64,000 nucleotides of DNA from positions 512,001 through 576,000 of the forward strand of contig CAWCFX010000001.1 in assembly GCA_963795085.1 (NCBI GenBank), written 5' to 3'. The position numbers and the translations under genes were made by a program. The notes under the pieces were generated by a model that saw only the letters and a list, made by a program, of their open reading frames with translations, searched no databases and was not told the DNA's origin. Positions 32,239-43,077 of the stretch are shown here, piece after piece; within the stretch, counting starts at the first letter, position 1; each line of letters starts with the position of its first letter. The stretch is from an uncultured Gemmatimonadales bacterium. Its GTDB lineage: Bacteria; Gemmatimonadota; Gemmatimonadetes; Gemmatimonadales; GWC2-71-9.

Positions 32239-33131
32239 CCGGTGGCGTTGTCCTGTGCGGGGATGACGATCTGCACCTGCGAGCCCGGAAAATAGGCGAG
32301 ATGCTCGCTCAAAGGTACGTCGTCGTCCCACGTCGGGACGATCGAAAGGCGGGCGGTGCCGCTGCGGATGGAGACCTTGCCGTCCCACCGGGCCAGGTAG
32401 CGCTTGATGCCGGCCAGTCCCTGGCCGCGCCCCGGATCGCGGAACCGGCTCACGCCCTGGATCAGGGCCGATTCCAGTGCGGCCCCGTCTCCCCAGCGAT
32501 CGCCATACCGCTTGGACTGCACGCCCTCGAGCGAGCGGCGGAACCCGATGCCGGCGTCGCTGACGGCGATGACCACCACCCGGCGGCCCAGTCGCTTTCG
32601 AAACGTGTACGCGTGCACCGCCGCCCACCCGCTGGTGCCCGCGTGCTCCACAATATTCTGACAAGCCTCCGAAAGCGCCATAGCGAATCCCATGGTCGCC
32701 TTGGCTTCGAGCTTGAGGCCCTCGAGAATGCGGCGGGCGCCCTCCTGGATCTTGCCTACGACATCGTGGACGTCTTCGGCGGCGCGCACCGGCGTCACCG
32801 CGAGCAGGACGTCGGACTCGTCGGGCTGCACCCGGGGCACCTTGCCGTGGACCTCGAACAGCTCGGTCGCATACTTGAAAAAGCCGGCCTTGGCCCAGTA
32901 CCGGCGGACATCGTCGCTGGTCGGAACCGTGAAGAGCGGCTTCTCGCCGGCCTCGCCCAGGGCCTGGCCGGCGGTGAGCATGGCAATCAGCCCGTACGGT
33001 GACGCCCATTGCGCGGCATGCGCGTCAATGAGTACCCGCTCGCCCGACTGCGCGTTGGCATCCAGCGCGGTGGCGAACTGCTCAAAGCTCTTATCGTCAA
33101 AGCTGGCGGGAACCTCGACCACCCGGGTCAT
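32235..33131 (-). CDS. STAS-like + HATPase_c (anti-sigma kinase-like) protein
   Basis: EACQNIVEHA (N box), SDAGIGF (G1), GQGL (G2); no HisKA H-box seen. Confidence 0.78.
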   Translation of the reverse strand: MTRVVEVPASFDDKSFEQFATALDANAQSGERVLIDAHAAQWASPYGLIAMLTAGQALGEAGEKPLFTVPTSDDVRRYWAKAGFFKYATELFEVHGKVPRVQPDESDVLLAVTPVRAAEDVHDVVGKIQEGARRILEGLKLEAKATMGFAMALSEACQNIVEHAGTSGWAAVHAYTFRKRLGRRVVVIAVSDAGIGFRRSLEGVQSKRYGDRWGDGAALESALIQGVSRFRDPGRGQGLAGIKRYLARWDGKVSIRSGTARLSIVPTWDDDVPLSEHLAYFPGSQVQIVIPAQDNATG

Positions 33132-34075
33132 GGCATGACCAGTTCGCCGCGGAGGTGGCGGCTTAGACCGGTGGCACCACGAAAGGCGGCGGTCCGCGCC
33201 GCCATCCGGTTGGCGGTTGCCAGCGCATCTTCCACCGTGTCGCCCGCCAGGAGCCGCCCGGCCATGGTGCCCCCGAAGACATCGCCGCAGCCGGTGGGGT
33301 CCAGGGCTTCCACCGCCGGAGCGGGGACCAGTGCGGTACGCACCGAGCCGCCGGCCGGCCGGCCCCGGTGGGCCAGCCGCTCGAACCCCGGGGCCGCGAC
33401 GTAGGCCGCACCCCGGGCGCCCAGCGTGACCGTCAGCAGGGACACCCCGGCCTCCAGCGCCTGGGAGGCCAGCGAGAGCGGGTCGGGAGACAACTGGTGC
33501 ATTTCGTCCTCGTTCATCTGGACCATGTCGAAGCAGCTGAACCAGAGCGGCGCCTGGGGCAGCGGCTGCAGCCGGCGGATGCCATCGGGGTGCATGGCCA
33601 GCAGCAGGCTGTGAAAGTCGGCATAGATGGGGCCCGGAAATCCCTGCCGCAGCGCCTGGGCAGTGCCCAGGCCCATCTCGAACCCGGAAATAAAATTTAC
33701 GTAGAGCGCGTCGAGGTCCCGCACCATGGGCCCCAGTTCCGCCCAGGTCCAGCCGGGCACCCCGCCGGACATCCGCTCGCATCGGCGGGCCGCCGACTCA
33801 TACCGGAGCGTCACCCGGTTGTTGGGTACCGGGACCTCCGCGCACCGGGTGCCCGGCGCCAGGCGTTCCAGGGTGCCGAGAAACCGGGCCGCCTCCCCGG
33901 AGAGGTCGCGCCCGACCTTGATGAGCGGAACGATCCGCCAGTCGTCGGTAAGCGCCGCATCGATGCCGGAGAGGCCGTAGGCGATGCCGCCCCACTCCTC
34001 CACCGGGGGCGCGCTGGGATCCCGCCCGTAGATGAGATCCCAGACCATGCTGCCGACGACCCCGACCTTCTTCAT
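33128..34075 (-). CDS. PfkB family carbohydrate kinase
   Basis: WGG, MNEDE, VTLGARG, DPTGCGDVFG. Confidence 0.88.
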   Translation of the reverse strand: MKKVGVVGSMVWDLIYGRDPSAPPVEEWGGIAYGLSGIDAALTDDWRIVPLIKVGRDLSGEAARFLGTLERLAPGTRCAEVPVPNNRVTLRYESAARRCERMSGGVPGWTWAELGPMVRDLDALYVNFISGFEMGLGTAQALRQGFPGPIYADFHSLLLAMHPDGIRRLQPLPQAPLWFSCFDMVQMNEDEMHQLSPDPLSLASQALEAGVSLLTVTLGARGAAYVAAPGFERLAHRGRPAGGSVRTALVPAPAVEALDPTGCGDVFGGTMAGRLLAGDTVEDALATANRMAARTAAFRGATGLSRHLRGELVMP

Positions 34076-34120
34076 AGTAACGAATGCCTCACCCGCCGCG
34101 GCCCGCCGGCAGCTACATGA

Positions 34121-35128
34121 CTAGGATGCCGCCGGCCGGTCGGTGGACCGGGAGGCCGGGGAGATCCGCTGTTCGATAAACGCCCGGGCGGCTCCGTACA
34201 CGCCGGCCGTGCCCGACAGCTCGCCCGGCAGCACCCGGAGTGCATCCACCGCCGGCTTGAAGGCCCGGCGTGAGATCTCCCGGCGGAGCGGCACGAAGAG
34301 GCTGTCTCCGGCGTAGGTAACGCCGCCGCAGACCACCACGACCTCGGGGTTGAAAATATTGACCAGGCTGGCGATGCCGGCGCCCAGGAACTTGGCGGTG
34401 TCGCCGACGACTTCCAGGGCCAGCTTGTCGCCGTCGTGCGCGGCATCGTACACCGTCTGGGCGGTGATCGCCTCCAGCTGCCCGTCCACGTACCCGGGCA
34501 GCGACGTCTCGTAGCCGGACTCGATGGCCTCCCGCGCTCTCCCCGCGATCGCCGGCCCCGATGCGTAGGCCTCCAGGCACCCGTAGTTCCCGCAGTTGCA
34601 GCGGCGCCCGTTGACCTCGATAGTCATATGGCCGATCTCGCCGGCGCAGTCGGAGTGGCCGTGGTACAGCCGGCCGTGGCAGATCAACCCGCCGCCGATG
34701 CCGGTGCCGATGGTGACGCCGATGGCGATCCGGGTCCCCCGGGCGGCGCCCATCCACCACTCGCCCAGCACGGCGCAATTGGCGTCGTTGTCGAGCGCGG
34801 TGGGCAGCCCGACGCCCTCCTGGATACGGGCCCGGAGCGGCATGTTGACCCAGCCGAGATTGGGGGTCAGCAGGACTATGCCGGTCTTGGTATCCAGGGG
34901 GCCGGGCGCCCCGACCCCGATCCCGATGACAAGGGCCTCCGGGTCCGCCCGCCGGCACTCGGCGATGGCGTGCCGGGCCATCGCCACGATGCGTCCGACC
35001 ACTGCGTCCGACCCCTCGTCGGCCCGGGTGGGCTCGGTGTGCAGGGCCAGCAGCCGGGACCCGTCCTCGGCCACGCAGCCGGTGACCAGGTTGGTGCCGC
35101 CGATATCAATGCCGACGATGTAGTTCAC
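34121..35128 (-). CDS. ROK family sugar kinase (glucokinase-like)
   Basis: GIDIGGT, NDAN, IGTGIGGG, GEIGH, CNCGNYGCLE. Confidence 0.92.
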   Translation of the reverse strand: MNYIVGIDIGGTNLVTGCVAEDGSRLLALHTEPTRADEGSDAVVGRIVAMARHAIAECRRADPEALVIGIGVGAPGPLDTKTGIVLLTPNLGWVNMPLRARIQEGVGLPTALDNDANCAVLGEWWMGAARGTRIAIGVTIGTGIGGGLICHGRLYHGHSDCAGEIGHMTIEVNGRRCNCGNYGCLEAYASGPAIAGRAREAIESGYETSLPGYVDGQLEAITAQTVYDAAHDGDKLALEVVGDTAKFLGAGIASLVNIFNPEVVVVCGGVTYAGDSLFVPLRREISRRAFKPAVDALRVLPGELSGTAGVYGAARAFIEQRISPASRSTDRPAAS

Positions 35129-35138
35129 GGAGCTGGCC

Positions 35139-36147
35139 TCACGGTTGAGTCCACCCTTCGCCGATCGCGGCAACGGCTTCCACCACCGCGCCGACGTCCA
35201 GTTCACGCATGCAGCGGTGATGGCCCAGCGGACACACCGCCGGCCCGTGGGCCGAGCAGGGGCGGCAGGCGAGCCGGGGGTGCTCCACCACCCGGTCGCT
35301 CCTGCCGCGGGGTCCGAACCCGAACGCCGGAAGGGTCGGCCCGAAGATCGCCACGACCGGAGTGCCCATCGCGGTGGCCATGTGGAGCGGCGCCGAATCG
35401 TTGGTGACCAGCAGGCCGGCCTCGCCGATCAGCGCGCTGGACCCGCGGAGCGAGAGCATGCCCGCGGCGTTGTGAACCCGGTCTGCCGCCGGCGCCGGCG
35501 ATGGCCTCGCCCAGGTCCCGGTCTTCGGGGCCGCCCACTACCACGGCGGGAACCCGGAGCCGCCGGGCCAGATCGGCATAGTAGGGCCATTTCTTGGTCC
35601 CCCAGATGGACCCGGGCGCCAGCGCGATGAACGGCTTCTGGACTCCGTGACTCGCCAGCCAGCGGCCCGCCTCGTCGTGGTCTTCCGGTGCCAGTCCCAG
35701 CGCCACCGGCGATTCCTCCCCGGGGCCGCCGAGCGCGAGCAACCGTTCCACTTCGTGGCCCACCTCGTCCCGCGGCACCGTCTGCGTGTACAGGAGCGTG
35801 CTGCCATCGGCAAACCCGATGCGCTCGGGGATCGACGCCAGCCGGGCCAGCGCGCCGGAACGCCAGGAACGGTGGGGAAGGTACGCCCGCTGATAGTGGC
35901 GCTTCCGCAGCGACCGCACCAGTCGAAAGAATCCAGAGACTCCGCGATCCCGGCCCCGCTTGTCATAGCGGATCACCTCCCGCACCGCCGGATGCCGCTC
36001 GATCAGCGGGGCCGCCGCCGGGGTAGTGACGATATCCACCGGCCCGTGTTGCCGGGCCAGTGCGGCCAGCAGGGGCGTGGTCAGGATCACGTCCCCCAGG
36101 AACGCCGTCTGGATCACCAGGACGCCCCCCGCCCCCGGACCGGTCAC
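35139..36147 (-). CDS. GT9 LPS heptosyltransferase (WaaF-like), +1 frameshift near 35486-35500
   Basis: AFLGDVIL, APGSIWGTKKW; TNDSAPLH and FGPT lie in the next frame. Confidence 0.85.
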
Positions 36148-36198
36148 CAGTTAGCCATTACTCATACCCGTCCCCTGTCACCAGTCACCTCTCACTAC

Positions 36199-37999
36199 TC
36201 AGTCCACCTGCAATACCGCCAGAAACGCCTCCTGCGGAATCTCCACCGCGCCCACCTGCTTCATCCGCTTCTTGCCCTCTTTCTGTTTCTCCAGCAGCTT
36301 GCGCTTCCGGGTCACGTCGCCGCCATAGCACTTGGCCAGCACGTCCTTGCGGAGGGCGGAGATAGTTTCCCGGGCGATGATCTTCTGCCCGATGGCGGCC
36401 TGGACGACCACCTGGAACAGCTGCCGGGGAATCAGTTCCTTCAGCTTCTCGGCGACCTTGCGGCCCCATTCGTAGGCCTTGTCGCGGTGGATGATCACGC
36501 TGAAGGCGTCGATCTGGTCGCCGTTGATCAGCATGTCGAGCTTGACCAGCTCGGACGCGACGAAGCCGCCCATCTCGTAGTCGAACGAGGCGTAGCCCCG
36601 GCTCAGGCTCTTGAGCTTGTCGTAGAAGTCGAGGACGATCTCGCCCAGCGGGAACTCCCAGTCGAACTCCACCCGGGTCTGGTCCAGGTACTTCATGCCG
36701 AGGTACACGCCCGCGGCGGTCCTGGCCCAGCTTCATGATGGCGCCGATGTAGTCGGCCGGCGCCATGATGCGGGCCTTGACGAAGGGCTCCTCGATCCGG
36801 TCGATGCTGGCCGGGTCCGGCAGCAGGGTCGGGTTCTCCACGTGCAGCATGGTGCCGTCGGTCATGTACACGTGGTATTCGACCGTGGGCACGGTGGAGA
36901 TCAGGTCCAGGTTGAATTCCCGCTCCAGCCGTTCCTGCACGATCTCCATGTGGAGCAGGCCGAGGAAGCCGCAGCGGAACCCGAAGCCGAGGGCGGTGGA
37001 AGATTCCGGCTCGTACTGGAGGCTGGCGTCGTTGAGCCGGAGTTTCTCCAGGGCGTCGCGAAGCGGCTCGTACTGGTCCGAGTCGGTGGGATAGAGGCCC
37101 GCGAACACCATGGACTTGACGTCCCGGTAGCCGGGCAGCAGCTCGGTCGCCCGGTTGGCGGCGTCCAGTACGGTATCGCCGACCCGGCTGTCGCCCACGC
37201 CGCGCAGGTTGGCCACCATGTACCCGACCTCGCCGGCCTCCAGCTGTTCCACTTCCCGCTGGCCCAGCTGCAGGTAGCCCACTTCGTCCACCGTGTACAC
37301 GTCCTCGGGGTGGGCGCCGAAGGCGACCTTCATGCCGCGGCACAGCCGGCCGTCCACCACCCGGATGCTGGGGATGGCGCCGCGGTAGCGGTCGAAGTAG
37401 GAATCGAAGATGAGGGCCCGGAGCGGGGCACCCAGGTTGCCGCGCGGGGGAGGGACCCGGGCCACGATCGCCTCCAGCAGGGCGGGTACCCCGGTCCCGT
37501 CCTTGGCCGAGACCTGGAGGATCTCCTCCCGCCGCGCGCCGATCAGGTCCCTGATCTCCTGGGCCCGCCGCTCCGGCTCGGCGCCGGGGAGGTCAATCTT
37601 GTTGAGCACCGGGATGATCTCGAGCCCGGCGTCCAGCGCCAGGAAAAGATTGGACAGGGTCTGGGCCTGGATTCCCTGGGAGGCGTCCACCACCAGGATG
37701 GCCCCCTCGCAGGCATTGAGCGAGCGGGAGACCTCGTAGGTGAAGTCCACGTGCCCAGGGGTGTCGATCAGGTTGAGTTCGTACTCCTGGCCATCGCGCG
37801 CCTGGTACGCCATGCGGACCGCGTTGAGCTTGATCGTGATGCCGCGCTCCCGCTCCAGGTCCATGGTGTCGAGGAGCTGCTCGCGCATGAGCCGCTTTTC
37901 CACCGCGCCGGTGGCTTCGATCAGCCGGTCGGCGAGGGTGGATTTCCCGTGGTCAATATGGGCGACAATGCAGAAATTCCGGATGGTGGATCGTGACAT
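36199..37999 (-). CDS. lepA: Elongation factor 4 (LepA), +1 frameshift at 36710-36712
   Basis: [44 protein letters not shown] lies in the next frame. Confidence 0.95.
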
Positions 38000-38027
38000 G
38001 CGGGGAATATAAACCGCAGGCCGACCC

Positions 38028-38372
38028 CTAGCGGACCTCCAGTTCCTCCAGCCGGGCCATGGCCCGCCGCAGGTGGGGAATCACGATGCTGCCCCCCACC
38101 ACGAGGGCGATGGAGAAGACCTCGAGGAACTCCTCGCGGGTGGCGCCCTCCTGGTGGCAGCGCTCGACATGGTACGTGATGCAGTCGTCGCAGCGCAGGA
38201 CCATGGACGACACCAGGCCCAGCATTTCCTTGGTCTTGACCCCCAGCGCGCCGGGTTCGTAGGCCCGGTGGTCCAGCGCGAAGAACCGGTTGATCGTGAC
38301 GTTCCCGGCGCCCAGGATGACGTCGTTCATCCTGGAGCGGAAGGCGTTGAAGTCGGCGAGAGAATCGGACAT
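38028..38372 (-). CDS. Carboxymuconolactone decarboxylase / AhpD-like protein
   Basis: [15 protein letters not shown]. Confidence 0.85.
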   Translation of the reverse strand: MSDSLADFNAFRSRMNDVILGAGNVTINRFFALDHRAYEPGALGVKTKEMLGLVSSMVLRCDDCITYHVERCHQEGATREEFLEVFSIALVVGGSIVIPHLRRAMARLEELEVR

Positions 38373-38385
38373 GAAAGGGAAGATA

Positions 38386-38447
38386 GAATGAGAAGTGAGC
38401 AGTGAGAAGTGAGAATTGGAAGGGCCTTCTCACTTCTCACCTCCCAC
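38386..38447. repeat. Inverted heptamer tracts (GTGAGAA)n / (TTCTCAC)n
   Basis: Forms a hairpin downstream of the M28 gene. Confidence 0.7.
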
Positions 38448-38457
38448 GGCACCCAGC

Positions 38458-39966
38458 TCAGGGGGTGGCTTCCCCCTGCTCCACGATCTGCCGGTAGGAC
38501 TCCGGGTTCCACTGGGGGCGGGCCGTCGTGTTGCCGATCTCCTGGCCCAGGTGATAGAGGAGCTGCAGCAGCCGGGCTTCCTTTTCGCCGTCGATCTTGT
38601 CGGGCGAGTCGGACACCTTGTGGTAGTCCTCGTGGAGGCCGCTGGTGAAGAAGAGCACCGGGATGCCCTTGCGGGCGAAGTTGTAGTGGTCGGAGCGGAA
38701 GTACAGCCCTTCTTCCGGCCAGATATCGTCGATGGGCCGAACACCCAGGCCGGCATGGGCCCCGGCCACCCGGGTGAGCGTGCTGCCCAGGTCGGAGTGC
38801 TGCATCCCGATGGCCACCACCGTGTCCTTCCAGTTCCGGCCGATCATGTCCAGGTTCAGGTTCGCCACCATGTCCTTGAGGGGCACCGTCGGGTGCTCGA
38901 CGAAGTAGTTGCTTCCCCACAAGCCTTTTTCCTCGCCGCTCACCGTAATGAACAGCAGGGACCGCCGGGGGCGGGCGCCCTGCTGGCTGAAGGCTTCGGC
39001 CAGCTCCAGCACCCCGGCAGTCCCCGAGGCGTCGTCGTCCGCGCCGTTGCTGATGCTGTCCGGCTGGCCCGGCTGGATCCCGATATGGTCCATGTGCGCG
39101 GAAACCACCAGGTACTCGTTCCTGAGCACCGGGTCGCTGCCTTCCAGGATCCCGATCGTGTTCGGCACCATGGTGGTGCCCAGGGTGGTGTGCCGCAGGT
39201 TCAACTCCGCGGACCAGTCCGGGAGGGGTTCGATGAGGGTCCCGGTAGCCGAGCGCAGGTTGGCGAACTGCTCCGCGGCCTCCGGCACCTGGGCAAGGAT
39301 CGCCTGTTCATGCACCTCGATGACGAGCGGTCCGCCCTCCGGTGAATTGCTCAGACTGACCTGTTCGCCCAGGCGCCGGTCCCGTTCCGAGGTGAAGCTG
39401 GCCGAATCCCGGTTGGACACCACCACCAGGAACCTGGCCCCGTGGCCGACCAGGCTTTGCAGCACCAGGCCCGCATTGCCCGGCAGCTCCCGGGTAAAGT
39501 CCAGCGGCCAGACCACGACCTTGCCTTTCACCTCCTCCTCGCTGATTTCGGCCGGATCGGGAGTACCGCCCAGCATCACCATGGGGCCGGTCACCGGCTC
39601 CGCGGGGGCTTCGCCGAAGAGCACTATGGCGTCCCGGGCGAAGAACACCGGAATGGTCCGGTCGCCCCGGAACACGATGGTCGAGGTCGGGTCGAGCCGG
39701 GTCCGGTACAGGGGGTAGTGCTGAATGAAGGTGCCGCTGTCGCCCCCCGGCTTGAGCCCCATTTTCCGGAACTCGGCCGCCACGTACCGCGCCGTGAGGT
39801 CGAGCCCCCGGCTGGGCGTGTCCCGGCCCAGCATCGAGTCGTGCGCGATCACGCCGACCCGGCGGGACACATCGGCGGCGGTAATAGTGGCGGCCGCGCC
39901 GGAGGGCGCGGTCTGGGCGGCTGCGGGGGCAGCGGCCATCAGGGCGAGCAGCAAAATCCGGCGCAT
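38458..39966 (-). CDS. M28 family metallopeptidase (secreted)
   Basis: AHMDH, GADDDASG, GEEKGLWGS, NLDM, RSDH, DYH. Confidence 0.9.
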   Translation of the reverse strand: MRRILLLALMAAAPAAAQTAPSGAAATITAADVSRRVGVIAHDSMLGRDTPSRGLDLTARYVAAEFRKMGLKPGGDSGTFIQHYPLYRTRLDPTSTIVFRGDRTIPVFFARDAIVLFGEAPAEPVTGPMVMLGGTPDPAEISEEEVKGKVVVWPLDFTRELPGNAGLVLQSLVGHGARFLVVVSNRDSASFTSERDRRLGEQVSLSNSPEGGPLVIEVHEQAILAQVPEAAEQFANLRSATGTLIEPLPDWSAELNLRHTTLGTTMVPNTIGILEGSDPVLRNEYLVVSAHMDHIGIQPGQPDSISNGADDDASGTAGVLELAEAFSQQGARPRRSLLFITVSGEEKGLWGSNYFVEHPTVPLKDMVANLNLDMIGRNWKDTVVAIGMQHSDLGSTLTRVAGAHAGLGVRPIDDIWPEEGLYFRSDHYNFARKGIPVLFFTSGLHEDYHKVSDSPDKIDGEKEARLLQLLYHLGQEIGNTTARPQWNPESYRQIVEQGEATP

Positions 39967-39998
39967 GAAGGTCATCCTCAGGAGAATTGGCATGTCGG

Positions 39999-41516
39999 TC
40001 ACCGGGAGCCGGCGCCTTCCACGATCTGGCGGTAGCTCTCCGGGTTCCACTTGGGCCGCTGGGGCGCGTTGGCGATGTCCTGTCCGACGTAGAACAGGAG
40101 CTTCAGGATTCGGGCTTCCTTCTCTCCGTCGATCTTGTCCGGCGAGTCGCTGGGCCGGTGATAGTCTTCGTGCACGCCGTTGAAGAAGAAGAGGACCGGA
40201 ACGCCCTTCCGCGCGAAGTTGTAGTGGTCGGAGCGGCTGTAAAAGTTCTCCTGGGGCCACCGGTCGTCGATCGCGGTCATCCGGAGTTCGGGGTGCGCGT
40301 CGTTGACCCGCTGCAGGGTGGGGCCCAGGTCGGAATGCTGCCGGCCAATGGCCACGATAGTGTCCTTCCAGTTCCGCCCGATCATGTCGATGTTGATGTT
40401 CGCCACCAGGTTCTCTACGGGCACCGTCGGGTGTTCGGCAAAGTACTGGCTGCCCCAGAGTCCCTTTTCCTCGCCGCTTACCGTAATAAACAGCACCGAG
40501 CGTTTCGGCGGCGCCAGGCTGAACGCTTCGGCCAGCTCGATCACCCCCACGGTGCCGGAGGCGTCATCGTCGGCGCCGTTGTTGATGCTGTCGGTCCGTC
40601 CGGTGGAAATGCCCACGTGGTCCATGTGCGCCGAGAAGACCAGGAATTCATGGCGGAGCAGGGGATCGGTGCCGGTCACGATCCCGATGGTATTGGGGGC
40701 GGTCGCCTCTTCGAGAATGGCCTGCTTCAGGTCCGCCATAATGGTGAGCCCCGGGACCGGCTGGTGGACGAACGTGCCGGTCTTGCGGAGGGCGGCGAGA
40801 TCCAGGCCGGCGCCGGCCAGGAGCGAGCCCACCGACCGGTCGTGCACCTCCACCACCGGTACCCCCGGTGCGCTGGCCCCTTCGATGGTCAGCCGGATGC
40901 CGCCCTGCCGCCGCATTTCGGTCGCGAAGGTCGCCGAATCCCGGTTGGAAACCACCACGACGGCCCGCGCCCCGCCCTGCACGGCCGCCCTGATCATCCG
41001 GGTGGCGTTGAGCGGGAAAGGGCCGCCGGAACGATCCGCGACGACCAGCGCCACCTTGTTCCGCACTCCATCACCCAGGGCGACGGTAGAATCCCAAGTG
41101 CCGGCGAGAACCACTGCGGGGCCCCCGGCCTCATTGGCCGGAATGCCGCCGTAGAGAAAACGGGCATCGCGGGCCAGTTCGGCATGGTGATGCGACCCGT
41201 TGATCATGAAGCCGATGTGCGAGGCCTCAAGGTCCAGGCGGGTCCGGGTGATCCGGTAGCGCTGGAACCAGCTGCCGTCTGCCCCGCCGGGCTTGAGGCC
41301 GAAACGCTTGAATTCGTCGGCCACGTACTGTGCCGTCATTTCCAGGCCCTTGCTTGGGGTGTCCCGGCCCAGCATCGAGTCATGCGCGATGATATGAACC
41401 CGGCGCATGACGTCGGCGGTGGTGATCGTAGCCGCCGCCTGGTCCAGGGCCCGGTTGGGGCTCTGGGCGGACAGCGGCGTGGCGAGCAGGAACAGGAACA
41501 GAGTGGGTCGGTGCAT
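39999..41516 (-). CDS. M28 family metallopeptidase (tandem paralog)
   Basis: Same motifs as the neighbour. Confidence 0.9.
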   Translation of the reverse strand: MHRPTLFLFLLATPLSAQSPNRALDQAAATITTADVMRRVHIIAHDSMLGRDTPSKGLEMTAQYVADEFKRFGLKPGGADGSWFQRYRITRTRLDLEASHIGFMINGSHHHAELARDARFLYGGIPANEAGGPAVVLAGTWDSTVALGDGVRNKVALVVADRSGGPFPLNATRMIRAAVQGGARAVVVVSNRDSATFATEMRRQGGIRLTIEGASAPGVPVVEVHDRSVGSLLAGAGLDLAALRKTGTFVHQPVPGLTIMADLKQAILEEATAPNTIGIVTGTDPLLRHEFLVFSAHMDHVGISTGRTDSINNGADDDASGTVGVIELAEAFSLAPPKRSVLFITVSGEEKGLWGSQYFAEHPTVPVENLVANINIDMIGRNWKDTIVAIGRQHSDLGPTLQRVNDAHPELRMTAIDDRWPQENFYSRSDHYNFARKGVPVLFFFNGVHEDYHRPSDSPDKIDGEKEARILKLLFYVGQDIANAPQRPKWNPESYRQIVEGAGSR

Positions 41517-41631
41517 GAGACTCAGGCTCGTGGGCTGGGGTGGAGGTCTTGAGGCCGGGTGGACAATAGCCGCGCCCGGCCGGGTACGGTACGGCCGGGC
41601 GCGTGGCATGTTTCAGTCGGGAGCGCCAGTT

Positions 41632-43020
41632 CTATGCCGACGGCTTCCGCCTAAGCTGTGGATCCCCAGTGGGTTGGGGTCTGGACCCGGAAGGCTCCGA
41701 CCGCTTCGGTTCGGCTCGCCTGGGCTCCGCGCGGGGGGCCGGATCCCGGCTCGGCTCGGCCCGGGGTGCGGGTTCCCGTCGCGGCTCGCTCCGCGGGGGC
41801 TCGGAGCGGCCCGGTTCCGACCGCCGGGGTTCCCCCCGGCGGGGTTCGCTCTGATCCCGGCTGGGAGAGGTCTCTCTCCTCGGCTCGGAGCGCCGCTCCG
41901 GCGGCGCGATGTCGGGGCCGCCCGGTTCCACCGGACGGAGGTTCTTCGTGGGCTCGGTCTCCCGCCGCCGGGGCTCTTCGTTCCCGCGGGGCTGGGGATT
42001 CTCCCGGGGCAGGACATTCGGGGGTTGCCCGCCGCCCTCGTCGGTCCGCCGCCGGGGAGTCCCCGCGTCGCGGCTGTCGCCACCAGTGGGCCGGGAACCG
42101 TCGTCTGCGGCTCGCCGTCCCCGCGGCTCCACCGGGGCCGGGATGCTGCCGCGGCCGCCCACGTCCGCGCTGGTCCGGTCGCGCTCCACCACCCGGCGGC
42201 CTTCATCGGCGGGACGCTGCCGTTCCCGGGTCACGTAGTCCCGACCGGGACCATGGTCCTTGAAGACATACCGGGGCCCGGGCCGGTAGGGCCGGACGAT
42301 CACCACGTTGCGCCCCCGGTAGTGCCGGTAGGGGTAGTAGTAGTAATCGTCGTAGATCACGATCCGGAAACGGTTGCACGAATAGTGGTACGGATTCCAG
42401 TAGGAGTAGCTGACGTAATTGTGGCAGTCGTAGCAGACGAACCGGGGATAGTCGTAGTGCTGATCGACGTAATAAGGAACGATATCGTAGTCGTATTCGC
42501 CGGGGCCCGCGATCCGCGAAGCGAATTCGGTGAGACTTACGTACGGATCTCCCCGGACCCGGCCGTCGGCGATCAGCCGGTAGTCCCAGTGGTCACCCCG
42601 GATAAATTCATCGAACCGGAACGGGTCGGGGGACGACACGGCGAAGAGGTAGCCCACGCCGGGGTAGTCATCGATGGTGAAGGCGCGGTCGTTGCGGTCG
42701 AGGACTTCGAAGGTGCGGCCCCCCCGGGCGAAGTTGTCCTCCCAGGGTTCCCGGGGGAACAGCACCCGGATCCGGCCGTCGGTATCCACCCGCAGCACCG
42801 CGATGTAGCCGTCGGTTTCGGCCTTGAAATACACCCGGGCCTGTTCGCCGCGCCGGTAGGGGTCCTCATCGCGGTTGGTCCAGACGCTGATGCGCTGACG
42901 TTCGGTCGCGCGGATCCAGCTGGCGATTCGCCCCAGTTCAAGGGGGCCGGGCGATGCGGCCGTCGGCGCGGACCCGGAGGGCCCAGCGACCAGCAGCAAC
43001 CCGATGAATGGAGCGAACAT
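41632..43020 (-). CDS. DUF4384-like secreted protein with Tyr-rich segment and R/E/P-rich tail
   Basis: YRRGEQARVYF..DTDGRIRVLFP; GGAGG RBS. Confidence 0.7.
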   Translation of the reverse strand: MFAPFIGLLLVAGPSGSAPTAASPGPLELGRIASWIRATERQRISVWTNRDEDPYRRGEQARVYFKAETDGYIAVLRVDTDGRIRVLFPREPWEDNFARGGRTFEVLDRNDRAFTIDDYPGVGYLFAVSSPDPFRFDEFIRGDHWDYRLIADGRVRGDPYVSLTEFASRIAGPGEYDYDIVPYYVDQHYDYPRFVCYDCHNYVSYSYWNPYHYSCNRFRIVIYDDYYYYPYRHYRGRNVVIVRPYRPGPRYVFKDHGPGRDYVTRERQRPADEGRRVVERDRTSADVGGRGSIPAPVEPRGRRAADDGSRPTGGDSRDAGTPRRRTDEGGGQPPNVLPRENPQPRGNEEPRRRETEPTKNLRPVEPGGPDIAPPERRSEPRRETSPSRDQSEPRRGEPRRSEPGRSEPPRSEPRREPAPRAEPSRDPAPRAEPRRAEPKRSEPSGSRPQPTGDPQLRRKPSA

Positions 43021-43061
43021 TGTCTCCTCCGAAGGAAAAACGGCGAGGTACCCGCCTCGAT

Positions 43062-43077
43062 TGCAGACCATGTGCCA
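43062..43077 (-). promoter_or_regulatory. Putative sigma54 -24/-12 promoter
   Basis: Minus strand TGGCACATGGTCTGCA (GG-N10-GC). Confidence 0.6.
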
